IMG/VR virus record: IMGVR_UViG_3300020442_000339
Location: 1-36,329 of that record
Direction: 5' to 3' (one strand)
DNA length: 36,329 bases
Source: a virus
Lineage: Duplodnaviria > Caudoviricetes
Positions 1 to 6,603 of this stretch are shown here, piece by piece (positions within the stretch are counted from its first letter, which is position 1; each line of letters starts with the position of its first letter). Made by a program: the position numbers and the translations under genes. Under the pieces are notes generated by a model. That model was not told where the DNA came from. It searched no databases and saw only the letters and a list, made by a program, of their open reading frames with translations.

Positions 1-2
1 AG

Positions 3-305
3 CGATGCGGCTTCCCAGATGGGATAGAAGTGAAGACCAATTGCGTTGGAAGAGGGAACAACTGCACCAGAGATGATGTTGTTACCATACATGAGTGAAC
101 CAGCGACGGGTTCACGGATGCCATCGATGTCCACAGGAGGAGCAGCGATGAAGGCGACGATGAAGCAGATAGTTGCTGCCAACAGAGTTGGGATCATCAG
201 TACGCCGAACCAACCGACATAGAGGCGGTTATTGGTGGAAGTAACCCACTCGCAGAAGTTTTCCCACGAGGATTGTGATTGTTGTCTTGAAAGAGTTGTA
301 GTCAT
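3..305 (-). CDS. psbA: Photosystem II D1 protein, N-terminal part (runs off the window)
   Basis: Manual translation [42 protein letters not shown]...[45 protein letters not shown]; not in the ORF track. Confidence 0.99.
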   Translation of the reverse strand, partial: MTTTLSRQQSQSSWENFCEWVTSTNNRLYVGWFGVLMIPTLLAATICFIVAFIAAPPVDIDGIREPVAGSLMYGNNIISGAVVPSSNAIGLHFYPIWEAAS

Positions 306-319
306 TTGAAAAAGGGTAA

Positions 320-430
320 GAAAGATCGCTAGGGATGCGACGGTTAGAATATATCCCACACCACCCTCCAGTGTGGGTATTAGAGACGTGGTTTAGACTC
401 CCTATAGGTCTCGGTTTGAGGGGAGTTACA
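320..430 (-). ncRNA. Structured psbA leader, PhotoRC-II-like cis-regulatory RNA
   Basis: CCCACAC/GTGTGGG hairpin (355-377); ACTCCC/GGGAGT stem (397-426) interleaved with GAGAC/GTCTC pairing (383-387/408-412); position matches the PhotoRC-II motif of cyanophage psbA. Confidence 0.65.
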
Positions 431-473
431 CTAGGAAATGGAACGTTACATTCCTTAACCCGATGATGTATTT

Positions 474-502
474 ATTATAACCTATGGTCGGTTTTCCGTC
501 AA
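474..502 (-). promoter_or_regulatory. sigma70-type promoter for psbA
   Basis: TTGACG-N17-TATAAT, overlapping an ATAAATA late-like box at 469-475. Confidence 0.85.
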
Positions 503-525
503 CCCTGAAAGTTGAGTATAAATGC

Positions 526-651
526 TCAACTTGGTGACGAGACGGGAACCATCATGCCGCCACCAAAGTCGTCATCATCATCTACATTGCCCTCTGTGAG
601 CAAAGCGGCGAAGATAAATCCCCCTACCATGGAAGCGGCTATGACTAACAT
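526..651 (-). CDS. Small membrane protein (41 aa) with acidic tail
   Basis: MLVIAASMVGGFIFAALLTEGNVDDDDDFGGGMMVPVSSPS; packed directly after hli. Confidence 0.7.
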   Translation of the reverse strand: MLVIAASMVGGFIFAALLTEGNVDDDDDFGGGMMVPVSSPS

Positions 652-656
652 ATCAG

Positions 657-776
657 TCACCATACTCCTGGGATGATTTGCCCAGTGGTAAGGTACGATC
701 CAACTGCTGCAACAAAACCAACCATTGCTGCACGAGCGTTCAGAATTTCTGCTTCAGGTGTGAATCCAAATTTCAT
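657..776 (-). CDS. hli: High-light inducible protein (39 aa)
   Basis: MKFGFTPEAEILNARAAMVGFVAAVGSYLTTGQIIPGVW; ExxNxRxAM and TGQIIPG motifs. Confidence 0.95.
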   Translation of the reverse strand: MKFGFTPEAEILNARAAMVGFVAAVGSYLTTGQIIPGVW

Positions 777-922
777 TTTTTGTTCTCCAAAGTTTTGTTT
801 GTGATAATAATCTTCTCTCCATCATGAGAGAATTGCAATTCGTCATCAGGATGCCACAGTAGCTCTTCATACAAATCGTCGAGCTTCTGGATATCCTTCC
901 ATAATGCATCAGGGTCAGGCAT
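773..922 (-). CDS. Hypothetical protein (49 aa)
   Basis: MPDPDALWKDIQKLDDLYEELLWHPDDELQFSHDGEKIIITNKTLENKK; ATGA overlap with hli. Confidence 0.75.
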   Translation of the reverse strand: MPDPDALWKDIQKLDDLYEELLWHPDDELQFSHDGEKIIITNKTLENKK

Positions 923-926
923 AAAA

Positions 927-1130
927 TCAGAAGATACCAAAGAATAGTTTACCAGTAATGGCGTAAGAAATCAAGCCCGAAACGATTCCACCCATTGCCC
1001 AGCGTCCGTTGTACATCTCCTTGAATTGCATAGGAGAGAACAGACCCTTGCGGTTGTAGTCTTCGACTACCATCTGGGGTTCCTTGGCAAATAAATTTTG
1101 CTGCCCGTATTCATTCGTTGTTACGGTCAT
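927..1130 (-). CDS. hli: High-light inducible protein (long type)
   Basis: EMYNGRWAMGG..SYAITGKLFFGIF with MTVTTNEYGQQNLFAKEP N-terminus. Confidence 0.92.
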   Translation of the reverse strand: MTVTTNEYGQQNLFAKEPQMVVEDYNRKGLFSPMQFKEMYNGRWAMGGIVSGLISYAITGKLFFGIF

Positions 1131-1156
1131 TGTCTTTTTGTTAAGAACTGTTACAT

Positions 1157-1185
1157 AGTATATAGCAAAAAAAGAGGGGCGTCAA
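1157..1185 (-). promoter_or_regulatory. sigma70-type promoter for the hli cluster, embedded in a terminator
   Basis: TTGACG-N17-TATACT. Confidence 0.8.
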
Positions 1186-1194
1186 GCCCCTCTT
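1167..1194 (-). terminator. Rho-independent terminator
   Basis: AAGAGGGGC-TTGAC-GCCCCTCTT stem-loop running into a T tract. Confidence 0.85.
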
Positions 1195-1200
1195 CAATAA

Positions 1201-1500
1201 TTATTTCTGATCAATCACATTTTGTTTCCTTGCCTGACGGGACAACCAGAAGGCGACACCAATCAAAGCGAAGTAGAACAAGGTGTCATCTATCATAACC
1301 AGGAAGAACACAACTGAACCACCAACCTTATACATGGGAGGGATGGGGATCAGTTCTACCAGACGACGCACCTGCTTTTCAAATACAAAGAAGTATAGTA
1401 GTGCAAGTGCAGTCATCACATACTCACTATAAGGTACAACAAAGTACAGTGAGATGATAACAAAGATTGGAAAGTAGTGTCGTTCAGGGACCTTACTCAA
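1201..1500 (-). CDS. Hypothetical multi-pass membrane protein (start uncertain; ORF open to 1569)
   Basis: Several hydrophobic segments; TTG at 1500 minimises overlap with the upstream gene. Confidence 0.65.
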   Translation of the reverse strand: MSKVPERHYFPIFVIISLYFVVPYSEYVMTALALLYFFVFEKQVRRLVELIPIPPMYKVGGSVVFFLVMIDDTLFYFALIGVAFWLSRQARKQNVIDQK

Positions 1501-1675
1501 GGTCGTAACACTTGCTCTCCAAAAATTCTGGATTGTCTTTGAGAAACGCTGTAACATATGAGTCAACATCTAACTCCATCTTATAGTGTGCGTGTGTATG
1601 AATGCCTTGGATCACACCCAAGAACCCAACGATACACAGGTTGATCAAAGTGAGGGGGTGAAAGAGATGGCGCAT
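1493..1675 (-). CDS. Hypothetical protein with N-terminal membrane anchor
   Basis: 60-aa ORF, hydrophobic N-terminus, HTHAH motif. Confidence 0.65.
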   Translation of the reverse strand: MRHLFHPLTLINLCIVGFLGVIQGIHTHAHYKMELDVDSYVTAFLKDNPEFLESKCYDLE

Positions 1676-1676
1676 T

Positions 1677-1699
1677 AAAAAAGGGGTCCGAAGACCCCT
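1677..1699 (-). terminator. Rho-independent terminator with cUUCGg tetraloop
   Basis: AGGGGTC-TTCG-GACCCCT then T tract. Confidence 0.9.
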
Positions 1700-1718
1700 G
1701 TATTATAGCAGGTTTGGA

Positions 1719-2093
1719 TCAGAAGGACCAGGTAGCACCCAGTTTTGTTCCGTAACCACGATCAACAGAGTCAGAACCAGATCCGACGAAGGAGACCTCA
1801 CCATATACGGAGACAGACTCGGTAGCGGCGATGGATGCACCAGCCTTACCAGAAGGAACGGTGTCAGCAGCAGCGCCGTCAGGATTGACATAGCTAGCAC
1901 CACCCTGCACGTACCAGTCAATGGCACCAGTGTTTCCAGCGTAGCCTACGTGAGCGTCTGTGGTGGTTCCGTTGTAATCCGAGCCAGTGAAACCCGAGTT
2001 TGCCTCTACGTTAACGTAGGGTCCTGCCAGGGCAGCACCAGGAGCAGCGAAAGCAACAGCTGCAGCGGCAGCAGCGAAAGCAGTTTTGATCAT
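1719..2093 (-). CDS. Small outer-membrane beta-barrel protein
   Basis: Ala-rich signal peptide, amphipathic strands (PYVNVEAN, WYVQGGA, VSVYGEVSF), C-terminal TWSF. Confidence 0.8.
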   Translation of the reverse strand: MIKTAFAAAAAAVAFAAPGAALAGPYVNVEANSGFTGSDYNGTTTDAHVGYAGNTGAIDWYVQGGASYVNPDGAAADTVPSGKAGASIAATESVSVYGEVSFVGSGSDSVDRGYGTKLGATWSF

Positions 2094-2124
2094 GTTTGTT
2101 TTCCTAAATTTGTTGGACAGTAGG

Positions 2125-2172
2125 TATATAGCACAGAAAAGTTACAAAAGTCAACACCCTTGTGACACTTTT
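2125..2172 (-). promoter_or_regulatory. Probable promoter for the beta-barrel gene
   Basis: AAGTGTCAC, then TTGACT-N18-TATATA with TG extension. Confidence 0.55.
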
Positions 2173-2182
2173 TCTGCACCAG

Positions 2183-2254
2183 AGCGGGTGATCGGAATCG
2201 AACCGACGACATCTAACTTGGAAGGATAGCGTTCTACCGCTGAACTACACCCGC
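2183..2254 (-). tRNA. tRNA-Gly(TCC)
   Basis: GCGGGTG/CACCCGC acceptor stem, TCC anticodon, GGTTCGATTCC T-arm; no encoded CCA. Confidence 0.96.
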
Positions 2255-2257
2255 AGG

Positions 2258-2423
2258 GTGGGAGAGCGTTACTTCCCCCTAGGCTCGCCACTTGTTCTTT
2301 GACTGGAAACAAGAAACCAGGCGGCAGCAAACACCCGCACCACTTGCTTTTGAGGAGAAGCAAGAAACCCGAGGGGTCTAGGACCCATCCCGACCAGGGC
2401 GCTTTTAGCGTCGTCCCGAGACG
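2258..2423 (-). ncRNA. manA: manA-type structured RNA
   Basis: GTCTCGG..CCCTGGTCGGGA followed by two GGTTTCTTG(C/T)TTC..CAAGTGG repeat domains, next to a tRNA; recognised from memory of the cyanophage manA motif. Confidence 0.75.
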
Positions 2424-2459
2424 TGGGTCATTATGACTCCACCAGGGTATGTTTAGAGT

Positions 2460-2876
2460 CTATCCAAGACTAATGGTGTCGTTACCCTCTTCATCATCCT
2501 TGACTTGATAAGGATCATTGAAGGTGATGGTATCCGTACCTTCTGCACCAGAGATGACGGTATCACCACCAAAATCTAGCACATCCTCACCGATACCACC
2601 GAAAGGAATGTTGACAGGACCAGCAGCTGCAGCACCAAAGGTCTCTGCGTTAGTAGCAGACAGATAGTCAGAGTTCAACTGGAAGTTGTAAGCAGACTCA
2701 TCATAGGCTGGGTACTCACTGGGAAAGTTAATAACCATACCAGTTTCCACAGGTTCCAGGGTACGCAGTTTGTCATAGATCTCAAAGAGATCACGAACAG
2801 AGTCACCACTCTTGTTCTGCAGTGCCTCCAGTAGTTCCTGGCGCACTAGTTCTTTTGCTTCAGCGAGACGAGACAT
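2460..2876 (-). CDS. Acidic hypothetical protein with G-x-D-x-(I/L)-x-(F/L) repeats
   Basis: Helical N-terminus; C-terminal GEDVLDFG, GTDTITF and GNDTISLG repeats. Confidence 0.8.
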   Translation of the reverse strand: MSRLAEAKELVRQELLEALQNKSGDSVRDLFEIYDKLRTLEPVETGMVINFPSEYPAYDESAYNFQLNSDYLSATNAETFGAAAAGPVNIPFGGIGEDVLDFGGDTVISGAEGTDTITFNDPYQVKDDEEGNDTISLG

Positions 2877-3099
2877 TATCTTTGATATAGCAAGGGACAG
2901 TATCGGGATCTAACCACTTCGTGTACTCAAAATCCTCCATGGCAATAGTCATTTGCATGGCATTGTCACAGAGGTACATGTCAGAGTACCGCTTGGTGTA
3001 CTCGTGTGCTTTTTGAATACGAAAGTCGGGCATCCCGTTGGTTTCCAGTGTACCACACTCGACGTAGCGGTACGGGAAACGCTCAAGAAGGATTTTCAT
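2860..3099 (-). CDS. Conserved cyanophage hypothetical protein
   Basis: MKILLERFPYRYVE...MEDFEYTKWLDP; coupled to both neighbours. Confidence 0.8.
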   Translation of the reverse strand: MKILLERFPYRYVECGTLETNGMPDFRIQKAHEYTKRYSDMYLCDNAMQMTIAMEDFEYTKWLDPDTVPCYIKDNVSSR

Positions 3100-3323
3100 T
3101 AGAAGGAGGGATCTCCAGGAACGTCATCATCATAGGGCAAGTCAGGCATAATGTCAAGCAGTGGTTCGATCTCTTCTGTGATCGGTGCTGCGATGACTGC
3201 ACTGCCATCAGGGCGACGGACTAGAAAGTGCTCGCCCTGGTTTTCAATCAGATCCATGTAGTTATCGAAGTTAGCTTGGAACTCTTCTTCGGTAACCTCA
3301 CGCATTTCTTCTACTTGTTTCAT
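3099..3323 (-). CDS. Phd/YefM antitoxin-like small protein
   Basis: VTEEEFQANFDNYMDLIENQGEHFLVRRPDGSAVIAAP resembles the Phd N-terminal pattern; acidic tail. Confidence 0.55.
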   Translation of the reverse strand: MKQVEEMREVTEEEFQANFDNYMDLIENQGEHFLVRRPDGSAVIAAPITEEIEPLLDIMPDLPYDDDVPGDPSF

Positions 3324-3565
3324 ACGTTACAACAAATGTCTTTTTCTTGAAGATACTTGAGGGTGTCTGTACATCCACCCAGATGCTTCTTATCCATGAG
3401 CACCTGTGGGAAAGTTGCGTCCTCCCCAAAGAGACTATAGAAATCAGCACCTGTGAACTCTCTACCTAGTCTATACTCAACAAACTTGAACTCATTCAAT
3501 TCAAAAAGCAATCTGATCTGCTCACAATAACGGCAACCGTGCTTTGAATAGATGGTAAATGTCAT
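3320..3565 (-). CDS. nrdC: Glutaredoxin
   Basis: CRYC active site, TFPQV, GGCTD. Confidence 0.9.
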   Translation of the reverse strand: MTFTIYSKHGCRYCEQIRLLFELNEFKFVEYRLGREFTGADFYSLFGEDATFPQVLMDKKHLGGCTDTLKYLQEKDICCNV

Positions 3566-4212
3566 TTAGAAAGTTGGGCGAAATCTTGTTCAAAAATATT
3601 TAGACCAGCGTCGGTTAGGACGTGGTTGTACATTTTATCAAACACTGACACAGGCAGGGTAACTACGTTAGCACCATACAAGAGGCAGCGAGCAACGTGA
3701 TGAACATCACGAAGAGAAGCAGCGAGGATCTGGGTCTTCTGTCCCTGTGTGCAGTAAAGACCAGCGATAGCACGAACCAGTTCGACGCCGCTGCAACTAT
3801 TATCGTTCATCCGACCCACAAATGGGGAGATGTATGTGGCACCTGACAAAGCGGTCACCGCTGCTTGAGCAGCAGAGAAGCACAGGGTCACGTTAGTCTT
3901 GACGCCACGACCAGAGAGTTCCTTGCAGGCAATCAGACCCTCTTTGTGGAGAGGAAGTTTGATAGTTACTGCTTCGCCCAGACCGATGTAGTTCTCTGCG
4001 TCTTCCAGAAGTTCTTCTGCTGTACGACCATTGACTTCTGCTGATACAGATTCAAATGCGAAAGACTCATCACACAACTGTGCGATAAGATCTCGGTATG
4101 GTACACCTTGCTTACGAACAAGTGTAGGGTTGGTTGTTACGCCTGCGATGATGCCAGTGCGAGATCTTTCGATGATAGCATCGAAGTCTGCTGTGTCTAG
4201 AAAAATTTTCAT
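3562..4212 (-). CDS. talC: Transaldolase (TalC/Fsa family)
   Basis: MKIFLDTA, GVTTNPTL, NVTLCFS, YISPFVGR, ILAAS; true start at 4212. Confidence 0.96.
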   Translation of the reverse strand: MKIFLDTADFDAIIERSRTGIIAGVTTNPTLVRKQGVPYRDLIAQLCDESFAFESVSAEVNGRTAEELLEDAENYIGLGEAVTIKLPLHKEGLIACKELSGRGVKTNVTLCFSAAQAAVTALSGATYISPFVGRMNDNSCSGVELVRAIAGLYCTQGQKTQILAASLRDVHHVARCLLYGANVVTLPVSVFDKMYNHVLTDAGLNIFEQDFAQLSK

Positions 4213-4240
4213 TGTAATATTGTTGGTATAGATGTACCAA

Positions 4241-4314
4241 TCGGGTGTATAGGATTTGAACCTATGACCTCTCGCTCCCAAAGCGAGCGTTCTACCAAAC
4301 TGAACTAACACCCG
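4241..4314 (-). tRNA. tRNA-Pro(TGG)
   Basis: CGGGTGT/ACACCCG acceptor stem, CTCGC-TTTGGGA-GCGAG anticodon arm. Confidence 0.96.
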
Positions 4315-4326
4315 TGTGGTGAGGAG

Positions 4327-4575
4327 TCACCGCTCCTCAAAATCAATTCGTCGGACCTTGCGTTGTCGCCGTTCCTCCTGAAAAGCCAAGTCTTGTGGTG
4401 ACAGACTCGGTGTAGACTTTTCCTTCTGTGTTGAAACGATCTCTACCAGTGACAAATCCTTTCCTGATATGCTGGTCCCACGGATGCTCGTAAGGTTCGG
4501 ACACCCGCAGCACCTGGTTTTGGTTGGATGACTCTCTAATAACTTGTTGCAATTCCTGCATCTGATTACTAACAT
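4327..4575 (-). CDS. Zn-ribbon hypothetical protein
   Basis: CRNC and CCGCPN; C-terminal DLAFQEERRQRKVRRIDFEER. Confidence 0.8.
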   Translation of the reverse strand: MLVIRCRNCNKLLESHPTKTRCCGCPNLTSIRGTSISGKDLSLVEIVSTQKEKSTPSLSPQDLAFQEERRQRKVRRIDFEER

Positions 4576-4654
4576 TGTCCATCTTCGCTCTTAAGTAGGC
4601 GAGTTCTAGGTAAATTTCTTGCAAATCTTTGTGCTTCGTTTTGTCTTTGCTCAT
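4343..4654 (-). CDS. Possible coiled-coil protein overlapping the Zn-ribbon gene in another frame
   Basis: ATG 17 nt after tRNA-Val; heptad-like LQEIYLELAYLRAKMDNVSNQMQELQQVI. Confidence 0.45.
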   Translation of the reverse strand: MSKDKTKHKDLQEIYLELAYLRAKMDNVSNQMQELQQVIRESSNQNQVLRVSEPYEHPWDQHIRKGFVTGRDRFNTEGKVYTESVTTRLGFSGGTATTQGPTN

Positions 4655-4670
4655 TAGTATATGAATACTA

Positions 4671-4742
4671 TGGGTGAAGAGGGGATCGAACCCCCGACCC
4701 TCTCCGTGTAAAGGAGATGCACTACCGCTGTGCTATTCACCC
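4671..4742 (-). tRNA. tRNA-Val(TAC)
   Basis: GGGTGAA/TTCACCC acceptor stem, TAC anticodon. Confidence 0.96.
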
Positions 4743-4746
4743 AAGG

Positions 4747-4820
4747 CGTCTTGGGCAGGACTCGAACCTGCGACCGACTGTTTAGAAGACAGTTGCTCTA
4801 TCCAGCTGAGCTACCAAGAC
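4747..4820 (-). tRNA. tRNA-Arg(TCT)
   Basis: GTCTTGG/CCAAGAC acceptor stem, ACTGT-CTTCTAA-ACAGT anticodon arm. Confidence 0.96.
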
Positions 4821-4829
4821 ATAAAAGAC

Positions 4830-4858
4830 ACTATAGCATAGTGTCAGTAGATTGTCAA
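4830..4858 (-). promoter_or_regulatory. sigma70-type promoter for the tRNA cluster
   Basis: TTGACA-N17-TATAGT with TG extension; -10 lies inside the GACACTAT/ATAGTGTC inverted repeat. Confidence 0.85.
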
Positions 4859-5160
4859 CCAGTGACTCTTTGGAATCCTGTACCAGACATCCAACCACCA
4901 GGACCAGATTGAATCTGTTCTGATCCACCACCAAGTTGTGGCATGGGGTCTAGTTGAGTAGTAGTTTTACCACTACCAATGGCAATCTGATACATTCTCT
5001 CGTGAATGTCATTAGAGATGCCAGTGGTTTCTTCTGCTAGCAGTAGATGTTCTGCTACACAGAGATCGTGCTGTGCTTTTAAGATCTCCTGCTTCTCACT
5101 GTAGTAAGCAGGTCCAAACCAGGGATCGTCTTCTAGGTAAGCGGGAGCTGGGTATGTCAT
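4855..5160 (-). CDS. Hypothetical protein
   Basis: 101-aa ORF, EDDPWFGPA motif, ATGA-coupled to the upstream gene. Confidence 0.75.
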   Translation of the reverse strand: MTYPAPAYLEDDPWFGPAYYSEKQEILKAQHDLCVAEHLLLAEETTGISNDIHERMYQIAIGSGKTTTQLDPMPQLGGGSEQIQSGPGGWMSGTGFQRVTG

Positions 5161-5750
5161 GAAAGATTCAAACGGCGAGTGTAGTCATAGGAGTAGGTTT
5201 CCCTAGCACCTTTGATACCCCATCCTAACCAATAGTAGGCAGGAACCATGTATTGGGAGACAGTTTTACCACTGCCCTCAAATTCAGGTAGGTAACGTTG
5301 GAAGACGTTCTCGTTAATCATGTAACGAGTCTGTCCCTCTAGACTGCTGGGGTCACAATCATATTTATCACAGAACCTACCAAGATTATCGTAGCGACCT
5401 ATTGAGGTCCACTGAATAAGACCATAGCCACCGCTATGACAATCCCCGTAAGAAACTCGAGCCCCTCCCTCGCATATGTTGGGAATAAACTTGCTCTCCT
5501 GTTTAATGTTTCCCATGATCGTAGCAAGAGCATTACGATCAGTGATTCTTGTGTGTTCTTGGAGTTGTGCGAGGACATATTGTTCTTCTGGTGTGCAGTC
5601 TTCACACTTCCAAGTTGGCGCAGTGTATTCTACCACAGGTATTTCAGTAACCTCTGGAGATTTAACAGGAGGGAACGTGAACCCTGCTGCAACAGCTGCT
5701 GTGGCGGCGACACTAGCACCAACCAATGAAGCGATAGTCATGTGTTTCAT
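5157..5750 (-). CDS. Phage tail lysozyme-family peptidoglycan hydrolase with N-terminal signal/anchor
   Basis: ALATIMGNIKQES and GYGLIQWT motifs. Confidence 0.75.
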   Translation of the reverse strand: MKHMTIASLVGASVAATAAVAAGFTFPPVKSPEVTEIPVVEYTAPTWKCEDCTPEEQYVLAQLQEHTRITDRNALATIMGNIKQESKFIPNICEGGARVSYGDCHSGGYGLIQWTSIGRYDNLGRFCDKYDCDPSSLEGQTRYMINENVFQRYLPEFEGSGKTVSQYMVPAYYWLGWGIKGARETYSYDYTRRLNLS

Positions 5751-5764
5751 GCGTCAACCATCAT

Positions 5765-5793
5765 ATAGTAACACAGTATCTATGCAACGTCAA
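5765..5793 (-). promoter_or_regulatory. sigma70-type promoter for the lysozyme-like gene
   Basis: TTGACG-N17-TACTAT. Confidence 0.7.
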
Positions 5794-6013
5794 GGTGCCT
5801 AGGGGCGTAATATGCCTTGTAGTATGCCACTATTCCATCTGTCCTCACGTTGCCTTGGGACACCCAGTCGTGGGAGCATTCCACAATACTTTTCTGACTA
5901 TAGACAGGCGATCCGTCTTCTTTGAGCTCGGATCCAAATCTCTTGAGCAGCAGAGCATATACCTTTGCTCTAACATCCATGCGTTCGTCACTGTAGCGCC
6001 AGTCTTCAGTCAT
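5780..6013 (-). CDS. Hypothetical protein
   Basis: MTEDWRYSDERM...ECSHDWVSQGN; start placed downstream of its promoter. Confidence 0.75.
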   Translation of the reverse strand: MTEDWRYSDERMDVRAKVYALLLKRFGSELKEDGSPVYSQKSIVECSHDWVSQGNVRTDGIVAYYKAYYAPRHLDVA

Positions 6014-6036
6014 AGTTGAGTAGCATCTCACCCAGA

Positions 6037-6077
6037 ATTGTATCACCATTGACATTGGTTGTCAAGCTAAATATATA
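6037..6077. promoter_or_regulatory. Overlapping divergent promoters
   Basis: Minus: TTGACA(6065-6060)-N17-TACAAT. Plus: TTGACA(6049-6054)-N17-TATATA, with late-like CTAAATA at 6067-6073. Confidence 0.7.
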
Positions 6078-6097
6078 CGTGGTTAAATTTAGATCAA

Positions 6098-6592
6098 ATG
6101 AAAAAAGCAATTGCAGCTTTTGGAATGCTTCTGATGACATCACCTGCTATGGCTGGTGGACTTGTTACTAAACACTCTTCTAGTGTACAACTTAACGTAG
6201 ACGCAGCGCGTTCTACTGCCACGAGAATCGGTTCCTCGTTCAGTATTTCAGGTTCAAATATTGATACTACGGACGGTTCGACTGCAGGCACAGTTTCTGC
6301 TGGTACTATCACCTCTGGTGTATATTCCCCAGGAACTATTGCAGCAACCCAAGACACCGCTGGAGCAGCATTTAGTTTCACACAATCTTATACACAGGCT
6401 GATGCTGTACCCACAAGTGCAGCTACCGTAGGTGCAATTCCTAACTTCGGTTCTGTTACTTCTTACACAGCTGGAACTGCTGGTTCACTAGCAGGTACTG
6501 TAACCAGTGCAGGTGTACTTACCGTAACCGCTGGTGGAGCTGGTACAAGTGCCGTGGGACAATTTGTTTCCGAGGTTACTGTAATTGATTGA
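6098..6592 (+). CDS. Secreted Ser/Thr/Gly/Ala-rich beta-strand protein
   Basis: Signal peptide MKKAIAAFGMLLMTSPAMA. Confidence 0.85.
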   Translation: MKKAIAAFGMLLMTSPAMAGGLVTKHSSSVQLNVDAARSTATRIGSSFSISGSNIDTTDGSTAGTVSAGTITSGVYSPGTIAATQDTAGAAFSFTQSYTQADAVPTSAATVGAIPNFGSVTSYTAGTAGSLAGTVTSAGVLTVTAGGAGTSAVGQFVSEVTVID

Positions 6593-6603
6593 GGATCCTC
6601 GCA

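Noticed and set aside
2151-2363. 70-aa ORF, and the 4730-4912 ORF
   Set aside because: Both overlap tRNA or structured RNA genes
2290-2472. Repeats as a mini CRISPR array
   Set aside because: Degenerate paired RNA domains with no repeat-spacer periodicity and no cas genes
4213-4311. 33-aa N-terminal extension of TalC in the ORF track
   Set aside because: Reads through tRNA-Pro; the family starts at MKIFLDTA (4212)
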